Assembly (NCBI GenBank): GCA_963803435.1
Contig: CAWDML010000008.1
Span: 576,001-640,000, forward strand
Direction: 5' to 3'
Length of the DNA: 64,000 nt
Source: an uncultured delta proteobacterium
GTDB taxonomy: Bacteria; Myxococcota; Kuafuiibacteriia; Kuafuiibacteriales; Kuafuiibacteriaceae
In this document: piece after piece, positions 48,433-58,334 of the stretch
How the letters are laid out: every line of letters starts with the position of its first letter
Position numbering within the stretch: the first letter of the stretch is position 1
Program-made: the position numbers and the translations under genes
Notes under the pieces: model-generated
The model's input: the letters and a program-made list of their open reading frames with translations, nothing else
Databases searched by the model: none
Told to the model about the DNA's origin: nothing

Positions 48433-49035
48433 GTGATCCGCAGCCTGGAAGCTGTCCGGTCCGCGCTCTCGCTTCGCCTGGCGGAGGGCGGAATCCTGCA
48501 CGCCGCGATCGACGTGTTCGCCCAGCACGGCTTCACGGCGACGCGCGTCGAGGACATCCTGGCAGCCGCCGGCGTGGCGCGCCGCACGTTCTACAAGTAC
48601 TTCCGCAGCAAGGAGGAGGTCCTGGCCGCGATCTACGAGCTCGCCACCAGCGAGCTGATCGACGTGATCCAGAGCGCAGGCTCCGAGGCGCCCGGCGATC
48701 CGCTCGACGCGATCCGAGACGGCCTCGACGCCTACCTCGACTATCACGTCGCCAACGCCCGACTTCTCCGCGTGCTGGTCCAGCAGGCGATCCGCCTCGA
48801 CTCCCCGCTCGCGGTGCATCGCCGTCGTTTCCGGGAACAATTGATCCGGCTGCTCGACGCGGCGGTTCAGGCCAGCACGGGAGAGATCCTCGATCCCATG
48901 TTCTTCGCCGCGCTCATCTCCGCGGTGGAGGGCGTGTCGCTCGACTTGCTCTCGAGCGACCCGAGCGAGACCGAGGTCGATCGCGCGAAGTCGGCCCTCC
49001 ACTCGATCCTCGAGCGGACGCTGCGCCCCGGCTGA
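48433..49035 (+). CDS. TetR/AcrR family transcriptional regulator
   Basis: FAQHGFTATRVEDILAAAGVARRTFYKYFRSKEEV. Start uncertain (48412 or 48433). Confidence 0.92.
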   Translation: MIRSLEAVRSALSLRLAEGGILHAAIDVFAQHGFTATRVEDILAAAGVARRTFYKYFRSKEEVLAAIYELATSELIDVIQSAGSEAPGDPLDAIRDGLDAYLDYHVANARLLRVLVQQAIRLDSPLAVHRRRFREQLIRLLDAAVQASTGEILDPMFFAALISAVEGVSLDLLSSDPSETEVDRAKSALHSILERTLRPG

Positions 49036-49038
49036 TCC

Positions 49039-50211
49039 TCACTGTGGATACAGGTAGCCCTCGACGCGCTCGAGGTTGTAGCCGTACACGCCCGCCGCGA
49101 TCCAGGCCTCGTTCGGGTCCGCCGTGTAGAAGTGATCGAGCAAGCTCGGATTCCACATCCTGTAGAGCGGGATGCTGCCGGCGACCCGCTGCGGGAACAG
49201 GTATCCGGTGACGCTGCCGAAGACGTAGCCGAAGTACGCGTAGCCACCGTCGTTGCGGTCGACGGTGTACAGGTGATCGCCGAGCGCGGGGTGGTCGTAC
49301 CTGAAGAGGGCGACGGAGCCCGGGCGCTGATCCGGCAGCACCCTGCCGGTCACGCCCTCCTCGTGGTAACCGCCGGCCGCGGCGAAGGCCTGCTCGTCCG
49401 CCCTCGTCGTGTAGAAGTGGTTCTGCACGCTTGCGCTGTACATGCGGTGAAGCGGCACTGCGCCGCGCGCTTGGGCGATCTGCCGTCCGATCCAGGTGGC
49501 GACGAGATCGACGCGCGCCAGGAGCTCTCGCCCATACTGGCCTGCGTTGGGGTTCAGCGCCGATGCGACGGCGACGATGGTGTGCGGCGACGAGGCCGGG
49601 ACCACGACCGGGCCTCCGGAGTCACCGCCCTCGATGAGGTCGTAGTCGACGACGTAGTCGTGCGGCCACCCCACGCCGCTGCCGTTCTCGACCGGCACCC
49701 GCGCACCGACGAACAGATCGGTGTACGAGATGCTGCCGTTCCTCACGCGGCCGATGTTCACGACCGACGCGCCGGCGTCGAGCGGAGCGGTCGCGAGCGC
49801 GGGGTAGGCGGTGAGCGCGACCGGCTCCGTGAGGAACAGCAGGCCAACGTCGTGGGCCTGTCGCGACAGGTTGTCCCGATCGATCGGCTCGTACGCGGCG
49901 CCGTGCGAGACGTACGCGTGAACACCGCCCGGGGCCGCGTAGGGAAGCGTGACCTGCCAGGCGACGAAGCCCGAGACACAGTGCCCTGCCGTGAGGACCA
50001 CGGTCGGCGCGATCAGCGCGCCCGAGCAGACGTACCGCGTCCCGTCGCCCGGCCACGCGAAGATCAGCGCTGCCTCCGGATACTGCGTCGCTTTGCCCGA
50101 CGGGGCGACGATCGATTCGGTGTCGACGCTCTCGTCCGGCTCGGGCCCGCACCCGCCGGCGGCGAGGATCGCAGCGAGCCCCAGCGTTCCAACAGACAGT
50201 GTACTCCCCAT
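49039..50211 (-). CDS. Trypsin-like (S1) serine protease lipoprotein with C-terminal DUF5648-like repeats
   Basis: LTAGHC, DVGL and GDSGGP triad; repeats LxRxY...HFYT...GY..E. Confidence 0.88.
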   Translation of the reverse strand: MGSTLSVGTLGLAAILAAGGCGPEPDESVDTESIVAPSGKATQYPEAALIFAWPGDGTRYVCSGALIAPTVVLTAGHCVSGFVAWQVTLPYAAPGGVHAYVSHGAAYEPIDRDNLSRQAHDVGLLFLTEPVALTAYPALATAPLDAGASVVNIGRVRNGSISYTDLFVGARVPVENGSGVGWPHDYVVDYDLIEGGDSGGPVVVPASSPHTIVAVASALNPNAGQYGRELLARVDLVATWIGRQIAQARGAVPLHRMYSASVQNHFYTTRADEQAFAAAGGYHEEGVTGRVLPDQRPGSVALFRYDHPALGDHLYTVDRNDGGYAYFGYVFGSVTGYLFPQRVAGSIPLYRMWNPSLLDHFYTADPNEAWIAAGVYGYNLERVEGYLYPQ

Positions 50212-50272
50212 GATGTACGTACCTCCTCCCTTGCTTGGACAACCGACACACCGAAGGTGTGACCGGTGGAGG

Positions 50273-51301
50273 TCAGCGGTCGGGGACCGACAGGTCACCC
50301 TGCATCGCCACGCTCACGTGCCCCGCCTCGCTCTCCTCGATGAGCGAGAGGTGCCCGTCCCCCTGGTGGCCGTGGCGCGCCTCGATCGCGTCGATCGCTC
50401 TGCGCAGGTAGAAGCTGAGCCGCGGGACGTCCGCGAGTGCGGGCGCGCGCCGCCGGAGCGCGGCGACTCCGAAGAGGGTCCCGATCGAGGCCAGCACCTG
50501 GAGCGCGGGCTGGACCACCTCGAGGCGCGCGGAGGCGAACAACGCCTCGAGGGCCTCCTGCTCCGTGATCCGATCGAGGCTGCCCGCGTGCGCCGCCGCG
50601 ACCAGCCGGAGGCGAGGATCGGGGTCGCGCAACGCGCGGATGGCGGCACGCAAGGCCCCGGGCTGGTGGAGGAGCAGGAGCAGGTTCTCGAGCCTCACCG
50701 ACGGATCGGGGTCGTTATCCACGTTCGCCCCGATCAGCTCGATCGTGTCCTGATTGTCGAATGGGAGGACGTCGGCGAGCCGCAGGGCGGAGTGGACCTG
50801 AGAGACCACGCAGTCGAGCTGCTCCGGGAGCAGCGGGAACCAGAACCCGGCGGCCACGATCTTCCCCTCGCTGACGCAGAGCTGATCTTCGCGCGCCGAT
50901 TTCAAGACGTCGCGCGTCTCGAGCCTCATCGCCGCCGCGACGTGCAGCGGCGAGCCGCCGACGCTGTAGATTGCATCGCACGCGAGATCGCCCGTGGGCC
51001 GGCCGGGACGAGTGCACAGGAGCCGGGGTGCGATCCAGAGCGCTGGCGTCAACGCGCAGGTCGGGATCACTTCGACCTGGAGATAGTTGAAGAACGGGGA
51101 GGAGAACGTGACGCGGTGACCGGCGACGGAACCTTCCAGCCGCTGGTGGCCGAACATCGACGGCCCGCTCAGGATCTCGATGCCCAGGTGGTTCGCGAGC
51201 GTGCGGAACGTCTGCCGGAGCTTGCGTCCGTTGTTCCACTCGAGCGAGAGCGCAGAGGCCACCCCGAACCCAACCGCAAAAGGCAGGATCCCCAGCACCA
51301 C
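50273..51301 (-). CDS. Hypothetical protein with N-terminal TM and HEAT-like repeats
   Basis: DPDPSVR and DPDPRLR repeats, C-terminal GHLSL...GHVSV...GDLSV. Start uncertain. Confidence 0.6.
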   Translation of the reverse strand: MVLGILPFAVGFGVASALSLEWNNGRKLRQTFRTLANHLGIEILSGPSMFGHQRLEGSVAGHRVTFSSPFFNYLQVEVIPTCALTPALWIAPRLLCTRPGRPTGDLACDAIYSVGGSPLHVAAAMRLETRDVLKSAREDQLCVSEGKIVAAGFWFPLLPEQLDCVVSQVHSALRLADVLPFDNQDTIELIGANVDNDPDPSVRLENLLLLLHQPGALRAAIRALRDPDPRLRLVAAAHAGSLDRITEQEALEALFASARLEVVQPALQVLASIGTLFGVAALRRRAPALADVPRLSFYLRRAIDAIEARHGHQGDGHLSLIEESEAGHVSVAMQGDLSVPDR

Positions 51302-51356
51302 CCGTCGAGGATGGCGACGACCCCGGTCGCGGTCAATGGGTCGGCGACAATGCAAC

Positions 51357-52799
51357 CTAACTTGCGAAATGGGACCGCGAGCCGAACAGCGGCTGCAGGA
51401 CGAAATAGGCAAGCGTTCCCGACACCATGCCGGGCAGCACATCGTAGACGGCACTGGAGAGCTGGAGGCCGTAGCGCCATCCGATCACGGCGGCGATTCC
51501 GGTCAGCATCATCCCGATCGCCGTGGCCGGATGCACCGGGCGGCCGAGCACACGCAGCAGGAGCAGCGGTCCCAGGCCCGAGGCGAGCGCCGACCAGGAG
51601 AGCGTGACCAGCTGGAAGACGTTGTCGGTGCCGTACAGCGCGATCAAAAGCGCGGCCACGGTCACCACGATCGTGCCCATCTTTCCGATCGCGTAGGCGT
51701 GCTTGCTTCGCGGAAGCACGTCCTGGGTGAGGGAGGCCGCACAGGACAGCACCTGTGAGTCTGCGGTCGACATGGTCGCCGAGAAGAGCCCAGCCAGGAC
51801 CAGACCGACGAAGATCGCGGGCAGCAGCTGCAACGAGAGGAGGGGGAGGGCGAGCTCTTCGTCGAAGCTCGAGGCTGCGTGCCCACCGTCGAGGAGCGCG
51901 CGGCAGGCGACGCCCACCAGGATGCAGATCGCCGCGAAGAGCGCGTTCCAGAGGTTGTAGATGCGTCGGGCCGTCGGCATGTCGGCCGGAGAGCGGATCG
52001 TCATGGCCCGGACCATGATGTGCGGCTGGCCGATCGCGCCGACGCCGGCGACGAACCAGCCGACCAGATAGAGCCCGAATCCCAGCTTGAGATCCTGCGG
52101 CATGAAGGTGGTCAGCTTCGGATCGATCGCGTCCAGGCGGGCCCACAGGTTGCTCCATCCTCCGGTATGGACGACCGCCGTGACCAGCAGGAGGATCATG
52201 GACCCGATCATCACCATCGACTGGGCGGCGTCGGTCCAGATGGAGGCGCGGATGCCGCCAGCGTAGCAGTACACCACGATGATGACCGCGCCGATGATCG
52301 CGCCGGTCGCGTGCGGCCAGCCGAAGAGCGCCTGGAGCGCCTTGCTCCCGGCGCTCAGCTGCGCCGCCGAATAGGTGCCCAGAAAGATCACCACGATGAG
52401 ACCGGCGACCAGCGCGACCGGACGCGAGAGCGCGCCGTCCCGCCCTTGGGCCAGGAACGTCGGAATCGTGTGCGCATTGAACCTCTCGGTGCTTCGGCGC
52501 AGCCGCTCGTGGACGAAGTACCAGGTGAGCCAGTCGCCTAACACCCAGCCGACCATCAGCCACATCGCTGAGATTCCGGCCGTATAGGTGGCGCCGATGA
52601 GGCCGATGAACATGAAGCCGCTGTTGTTGCTGGCCACCGCCGACAGGGCCGCCAGCCACGGGCTCACGGAGCGTCCCGCCAGGAGATAATCGGTCTCCGA
52701 GTTGGTCGCGCGCGTCGCCGACCAGGCGCCGATGCCCACGAACACGAGCAGGAACGCGACGAACGATCCAGCGACCCAGAGGTCGAGTCCCTGCGCCAT
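51357..52799 (-). CDS. putP: Sodium/proline symporter (SSS family)
   Basis: DYLLAGRS...ALSAVASNNSGF, WTD, GQPHIMVR and ATMSTADSQ. Confidence 0.85.
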   Translation of the reverse strand: MAQGLDLWVAGSFVAFLLVFVGIGAWSATRATNSETDYLLAGRSVSPWLAALSAVASNNSGFMFIGLIGATYTAGISAMWLMVGWVLGDWLTWYFVHERLRRSTERFNAHTIPTFLAQGRDGALSRPVALVAGLIVVIFLGTYSAAQLSAGSKALQALFGWPHATGAIIGAVIIVVYCYAGGIRASIWTDAAQSMVMIGSMILLLVTAVVHTGGWSNLWARLDAIDPKLTTFMPQDLKLGFGLYLVGWFVAGVGAIGQPHIMVRAMTIRSPADMPTARRIYNLWNALFAAICILVGVACRALLDGGHAASSFDEELALPLLSLQLLPAIFVGLVLAGLFSATMSTADSQVLSCAASLTQDVLPRSKHAYAIGKMGTIVVTVAALLIALYGTDNVFQLVTLSWSALASGLGPLLLLRVLGRPVHPATAIGMMLTGIAAVIGWRYGLQLSSAVYDVLPGMVSGTLAYFVLQPLFGSRSHFAS

Positions 52800-52931
52800 C
52801 GCGCGCGAGTGTCCCGGATGGTGCAGAGGGCGCCCATCGAAAAGTGCCGTTCGTGTGCTCGCATGTCGCACTGGAGGCGTGGGACGGCCGCGCGATTGAC
52901 CGGCCCGACGCCGCCGACAACCCTTCCCGCC

Positions 52932-54030
52932 ATGCGTCCCCTCGTGCTGGTCCTATCGACGGTCTTCGGGCTGGCGGCTTGCAGCGCGGATCCGCTGTTC
53001 GAGCAGCCTCCCGACGTTGGCTCGGCGAGCGACGATGCCTCGGCGCCCGAGGACGGCGCCCTCGGGAAGCCGGCAGACGCGGCCGTGGACGCTGACGCCG
53101 GCGCCGAGGTCCCGGACGCCGGCGCCATCGACTCGGGCACCTCGGCGGACGCCGGAGCGCCAATCGAGCCCACCGAGCCCCCGCCGAATCCGCCCCTACT
53201 CGGGCGGCGCGTGTCCCCTGCTCTCGGCCGGCCCCACCTCGGCGAGCGGGCTGAACGAGGGCTTCGTGTCCGCGGGCGACACGCGGAGCTTCCGGCTCCT
53301 GGTACCGATGAGCTACGACGGCTCGCAGCCGATGCCGCTGGTGTTCGCGTGGCACTGGCTCAACGCGAGCAGCAACTCGTTCGTGCAGGACGGCGAGCTC
53401 GAGAGTGCGATCGAGGAGATGGGCTTCATCGCGGTCCTCCCGGACAAGCTCCTCAAGGCCAACGGAGACAAGGCGTATCTGTTCGACTGGCCCTTCGTCG
53501 AGGTCAGCAACGCCGAGAAGGAGCTCACCTTCTTCGACGACATGCTGAGCTGCGTGAGCGAGCAATTCTCGATCGATCCCACGCGCGTCTACGGCATCGG
53601 CGTGAGCGCGGGCGCGCTCTGGCTCACGTACCTGATGTCGACCGATCGCATCGACTACCTGGCGGCGGCCGAGTCGCTATCCGGCGGGCTCGGTGAGGTC
53701 GCGGGCGCCTGGGAGATGCAGTTCACGCCGCGCCCGCACAAGTTTCCGGCGGTCGTGCTCTGGGGCGGTCCGACCGACTGGCTGGGCGTGAACTTCGCCG
53801 AGGCCTCGATGCGCCTTCGGGATGCCTTGCTCATCGACGGGCACTTCGTCGTGGTCTGCACGCACGACGCAGGTCATGCGGTTCCGCCGATCGACGCGCC
53901 GCCCTGGAGCAACACGCGATTCTGGTCGCTCTGGCGGTTCATGCTCGATCATCCCTACGCTGTACGTCCCTCGCCCTACGAGAGCACCGGATTGCCGGCC
54001 GGCTTCCCCGATTGGTGCAGCCTCCCCTGA
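52932..54030 (+). CDS. Alpha/beta hydrolase (PHB depolymerase/LpqC-like) lipoprotein (frameshift at ~53195)
   Basis: LAAC lipobox and Asp-Ala linker in one frame; PLVFAWH, IDPTRVYGIGVSAG and HDAGH in the next. Confidence 0.78.
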
Positions 54031-54061
54031 CGATCCGGATCGCGGTGTTATACTCGGAGGA

Positions 54062-54556
54062 ATGAAGAACTCCGGGACGGCCTACCTGCTGGCTCTGCTC
54101 GGCTTTCTCTCTCCGGTCGCCGGGATCCACCGCTTCTATCTAGGTCGACCGATCAGCGGCTTGTTCTACCTGATGACCTGGGGCTTTCTGGGCCTGGGCA
54201 CGCTGATCGATCTCTTCCTCATCCCGCGCATGGTCGACGACGAGAACCGGCGTCTGCTCTACCCCGGACATCCGATCCAAGGAGTCGGCGCGCTTCCCGC
54301 CGGCGCCCCGACCATGATCGCGCCGGCGTCCCCGCTCACCCCTGAGCACCAGATCCTCCGCTGCGCGCGGGAGAACGCGGGTGTCCTCACCGTCGAGATG
54401 GTGGCCCTCCATTCCGGGATGAGCCTCGCGAAGGCCAAGAAGGAGCTGGAGAGGCTGCGCGAGGACGGCTTCTGCTCGGTCGACGTGAGCACCGAGGGCA
54501 GCAAGCTCTACATCTTCCAGGGTCTTCGCTCCACCACGCCGCTCGACATCCTCTGA
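54062..54556 (+). CDS. TM2/NINE domain protein with C-terminal winged-helix-like region
   Basis: GIHRFYLG...GTLIDLFLIPRMV. SD GGAGG. Confidence 0.9.
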   Translation: MKNSGTAYLLALLGFLSPVAGIHRFYLGRPISGLFYLMTWGFLGLGTLIDLFLIPRMVDDENRRLLYPGHPIQGVGALPAGAPTMIAPASPLTPEHQILRCARENAGVLTVEMVALHSGMSLAKAKKELERLREDGFCSVDVSTEGSKLYIFQGLRSTTPLDIL

Positions 54557-54612
54557 GTCGGTCGGCCGGTTGACGCCGTTCTCCGGTTGGCATGTGCTCC
54601 CAGGGCTGCGGG

Positions 54613-55431
54613 ATGATCAGCTTCGATCCGAACCAATACTTCTTCTGGCTGATCGTCGTCTCGACGCTCTGCTTCGCGCTCGAACGCACTTTCCCCTGGC
54701 GCGGCACGCAAGCCGCCTTTCGCAAGGGGTTCGGTCAGGACCTGTTCTGGCTCTTCTTCAACGGACACTTCGCAGCGCTCATCCTGGCGGTGCCGGTGGC
54801 CTGGCTCCTGACGCACATCCGCGCGGTCCTCCTCGCGGTCCACCTCAGCCCGCCCGAGGCTGCCGAGCTCCTCACCGGCACGCCCCCGTGGGTGCAGCTG
54901 ACGGTGCTCTTCGTGGTGCAAGACTTCCTGCAGTGGTGCATCCACAACCTGCTCCACCGCGTGCCGTGGCTGTGGCAGTTCCACAAGGTCCACCACAGCA
55001 TCGAAGAGCTCGACTGGATTGGAAACTTCCGCTTCCACTGGATGGAGCTCGTCGTCTACCGGGGCCTCACCTATCTGCCGCTGGCGATCCTCGGCGTCGA
55101 TGGCCGGGTGCTCCTCGTCAACGCGGTGATCGGGACGCTGTTCGGACACCTCAACCACGCGAACCTCCGGCTCGACTGGGGACCGTTCAAGTACGTCCTC
55201 AACTCGCCGCGCTTCCACGTGTGGCATCACGATCGGATTCTCCGCAGCGGCAAGGGCACGAACTACGCCATCGTGCTCTCGATCTGGGACTGGATCTTCG
55301 GGACTGCCTACTGGCCGGGCGGCAACAAGCAGCCGGCCGCGCTCGGCTTCGAAGGCGATGACTACTTCCCGTCCTCGCTGGTGGGCCGCTTCACCTATCC
55401 GGTGCTGCGTTGGCTCAGGAAGTCGTCTTGA
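54613..55431 (+). CDS. Sterol desaturase / fatty acid hydroxylase family protein
   Basis: His boxes HNLLH, HKVHHS, HLNH and HVWHH, followed by NY. Confidence 0.92.
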   Translation: MISFDPNQYFFWLIVVSTLCFALERTFPWRGTQAAFRKGFGQDLFWLFFNGHFAALILAVPVAWLLTHIRAVLLAVHLSPPEAAELLTGTPPWVQLTVLFVVQDFLQWCIHNLLHRVPWLWQFHKVHHSIEELDWIGNFRFHWMELVVYRGLTYLPLAILGVDGRVLLVNAVIGTLFGHLNHANLRLDWGPFKYVLNSPRFHVWHHDRILRSGKGTNYAIVLSIWDWIFGTAYWPGGNKQPAALGFEGDDYFPSSLVGRFTYPVLRWLRKSS

Positions 55432-55651
55432 GCATCTTCTGGAGCGGCTCCCAGTAGTTTGCGTGCCAGCCCTTCTCGAGGTGCTCGCCCTGATCGTCCG
55501 GGAACCGAGCGTGATCGAGCAAAACGCCGGTGCGCTTGCCCTCCGGGCGAAGCTCGAAGCGCACGATCGAGTACAGACCCGCCGCCCAGCTCTTCGCTCT
55601 CCACGCCTGGACCAAGCGTTCGCCGGGAACGCGCTCCACGTTGCGCCCCAC
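55415..55651 (-). pseudogene. 3' fragment of SRPBCC/AHSA1-like gene
   Basis: GRNVERVPGERLVQAWR...GWHANYWEPL. The N-terminal half is missing. Confidence 0.7.
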
Positions 55652-55656
55652 GAGTC

Positions 55657-55821
55657 GAGCCAGGAGATGCCGACGCGGAGCGCGTCACGGTCGAGTTTCG
55701 CGCGCAGGGCGCGAAGACCGAGGTCGTCGTCACGCACGAGCGCATCGCCGACGAACGCACGCGACAAGACCACCAAATGGGTCGGGAGGGCTGCCTCGAC
55801 GGCCTGGCCGCTCACGTGTGA
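55657..55821 (+). pseudogene. 3' fragment of a second SRPBCC/AHSA1-like gene
   Basis: ERVTVEFRAQGAKTEVVVTHERI...HQMGREGCLDGL. No 5' part, and the usual Trp is replaced by Arg. Confidence 0.65.
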
Positions 55822-56351
55822 TCCGCCGGCCAGCGGTAGAGCTGGGCCTCCCCCGCCAGCCCGCCCAGCGGCCGGCTGGCGGCGGCCGTCCGATCCCTGA
55901 AGCCGAAGCAGAGCGTGACTACCGGCGTCCCACGGCGAAGCTGCTGGTCGAGGAGCGTCGCCAGGCCCTTCATGGGCGCGATCATCAGGTACGCCGTCAC
56001 GGCATCGGCGTCGGCGAGCGCGGCCCGCCGATAGTCGCCGCGTACGATCCGGATGCGCGCGTCGTTGCGGGTCCGGAGCTTCGCGATCCACGAGGGCAGC
56101 GGCGAGATCTCGTAGCCGACGATCGTGGCCTCGGGAAACGCGCGCGCCAGACCGAGGGCGAGCGAGCCCCAGCCACAGCCCAGCTCGTAGATCCGCGCCT
56201 GGTGCGGAAGCCCCGCCTCCGCCAGGAGGGCTACGATGGTCTCGATCTCGCCCGACGTCGAGGGCACCGGTGGAACACCGGTCTTCGCGTGGTACCAGAG
56301 GATCGAGAGCGCGGCGGCGGCGACCACCGCGAGCACCACCAGCGAGCTCAC
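55812..56351 (-). CDS. Class I SAM-dependent methyltransferase (membrane anchored)
   Basis: TM, GVPPVPS, IYELGCGWG, GYEISP and YL. Confidence 0.85.
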   Translation of the reverse strand: MSSLVVLAVVAAAALSILWYHAKTGVPPVPSTSGEIETIVALLAEAGLPHQARIYELGCGWGSLALGLARAFPEATIVGYEISPLPSWIAKLRTRNDARIRIVRGDYRRAALADADAVTAYLMIAPMKGLATLLDQQLRRGTPVVTLCFGFRDRTAAASRPLGGLAGEAQLYRWPADHT

Positions 56352-56703
56352 CCCGTGCCGAGCTCGCGGGCGAAGGCGCGACCGAAGTCCCCGACGGCGT
56401 CCGCGACGGGCTTGAGGATCCCGCGGCCGTGGTCGAGGACCCGGACCGCTCCGTTGCCGGCGTCGACCGTGTCGAAGTGCCGGTAGTAGAGCTCGGGTCC
56501 CAGGACGTGCTCGCGTCCGCGGCCGTCGGGGGTCAGGTGGGTCACGGCCATGGTCATGAGCCTGACCATGTGGCTGGCTCTGGGCGGGACCCCTCGCTGA
56601 TCGGGCGTCCCGTGCCGATCGCGCGCCGGATCGCCCCGTCAACCTGCTCTCGGGTTGCGCCGTGCACGAGGTATCCCTCCGAGGTCTTTTGGACTCGTGC
56701 CAC
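56348..56703 (-). CDS. Hypothetical protein, apparently frameshifted near 56570
   Basis: Two overlapping coding-like frames (VARVQKTSEGYLV... and MVRLMTMAVTH...). Coupled to the methyltransferase (GTGA). Confidence 0.4.
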
Positions 56704-56769
56704 GTCTTTTCGTATCGGATGAGCACCGAGGGTTGATGCGGAAGAAACAACATCGGGCACCGAACTCCT

Positions 56770-56785
56770 GGGCACGGGGATTGCT
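56770..56785 (+). promoter_or_regulatory. Sigma-54 (-24/-12) promoter
   Basis: GGGCACGGGGATTGCT matches TGGCACG-N4-TTGCW with exact GG-N10-GC spacing. Confidence 0.55.
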
Positions 56786-56797
56786 CTTCGAGTAGGA

Positions 56798-58261
56798 GTG
56801 CTCAGCCGGAACCGCACGCTTCGAGTCGTCGAGTGGGTCCTGGTGCCCCCGCTCGCGCTCTGGCTGGGCTACCTGATCTTCGCAAATCTCTACCTCAACG
56901 CGAACGGTATCGAGCTCACGCTCGAGGCCGTCGACGATGTTGCCGACGTCGATCTCGGCTCCGCGTTCACTTGGTGGCCCGGGTACGTCATCGCGAAGGA
57001 CCTGCGAGTGATCGTCCACGACTCCAACGTCGAGATGGATCTCCGCATAGAGGACGTGCACGCGAACGTCACGCTGACGTCGCTCTTTTCAAAGGAGTTC
57101 GAGACGCGCACCGCGACGGTCGGCGGGGTGTCGCTCCGGCTGCGCAAGACTCGGCCGCTCGCCGGCCTTTGCCGTCAGCCGCGCGGGCTGCCGCCGATCG
57201 ATGGCCTCGCGCTGCCGCCGGGGGCTGGGCGCCGGAAGTGTCGTGACCAGGTCGATACCGCGCACCGGCGCGTCGGTCCGCCCACGCCGGCCGAGCGGCT
57301 CTTTCGCGTCCGGCTCGGCGGCCTGGTCATCCACGACCTTCGGGAGATCTGGATCGAGCCCTATCGCGTGACGGGAGCGATCGAGGCGTCGGGACGAATG
57401 AACTTCTGGCCGAAGAAGGAGGTCGGTTTTGCGATCGCCTCTCTTCGTGCGAGCGGGGTTGCGCTCGACATGGCCCAGGCGCGGCGGATCGAGGGCGCCG
57501 AGGTCACGGTCCGCGGGGCGATGGACAACCTCCAGATACAGCACGCCCCCTCTGCGACAATCTGGCGGGCGATCTCGATGCGGGCCAAGCTGAAGGTGCG
57601 CGATGTCGACCTCCAGCTGGTCGAGCGGATGATCTCGAACGCGGGACCGATCGCGCCGCCGAAGCTTCCTCACGTCGAAGGGCGAGCCCTGCTCGACGGA
57701 GAGCTGGTCATCCAGCGGGGCTGGACGCGGCGCGTGCGCGTCCATGCGGCGGCGATGCAGGCCAGCCTGCGGCTGGTGGAACGGACGATCTCCGGGCACG
57801 CCGTCGCTGATCTGACTCTGGTACCCGCCCCGGGTGGCCCCGGAGTGCTGGCGGTGAAGCAGGCGAGGGTGGTGCTGACCGACGTCGGGATCTCGGGCGA
57901 TGACGGCGTGGAGCGCTTCGAGGACGAGAAGCTGGAGGTGAACGCGCGCGGCGAGACCGTGCTGTCGCCGGCCAAGAAGCGGCTGAGCGTGAAGATCCAC
58001 GCCCGCTCGCGCCGGAGCGAGCCCCTGTTGGAGCTGATGCCGGGGGGCTTCAAGAAGGCCATCGCGAAGCTCCTCATCGACGACGACGCGCCGGCCACCG
58101 TGATCGCCGAGCTCTCCGTCGACGAAGATGTTGCCCGCTTCGAGCATCTGCTCCTCCAGGCGGGCGAGCTGCGAGTGGAAGGCCGCATGCGGCTCGCCCC
58201 TGATCCCGGCGGCCGGGCGCGGGTCTCGTACCGGGGTATCGAGCTCAACGTGGACCTTTGA
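56798..58261 (+). CDS. Membrane-anchored beta-rich (AsmA-like) hypothetical protein
   Basis: N-terminal TM (YLIFANLYLN...WPG) followed by a long beta-strand-rich region. Confidence 0.65.
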   Translation: MLSRNRTLRVVEWVLVPPLALWLGYLIFANLYLNANGIELTLEAVDDVADVDLGSAFTWWPGYVIAKDLRVIVHDSNVEMDLRIEDVHANVTLTSLFSKEFETRTATVGGVSLRLRKTRPLAGLCRQPRGLPPIDGLALPPGAGRRKCRDQVDTAHRRVGPPTPAERLFRVRLGGLVIHDLREIWIEPYRVTGAIEASGRMNFWPKKEVGFAIASLRASGVALDMAQARRIEGAEVTVRGAMDNLQIQHAPSATIWRAISMRAKLKVRDVDLQLVERMISNAGPIAPPKLPHVEGRALLDGELVIQRGWTRRVRVHAAAMQASLRLVERTISGHAVADLTLVPAPGGPGVLAVKQARVVLTDVGISGDDGVERFEDEKLEVNARGETVLSPAKKRLSVKIHARSRRSEPLLELMPGGFKKAIAKLLIDDDAPATVIAELSVDEDVARFEHLLLQAGELRVEGRMRLAPDPGGRARVSYRGIELNVDL

Positions 58262-58334
58262 CGTCTCCACGCGTTGCGCTGGCCTTTCCCCCTCCCCCTG
58301 AGGTACGAAGGGAGCGCGGATCGTTTGCGCACGA

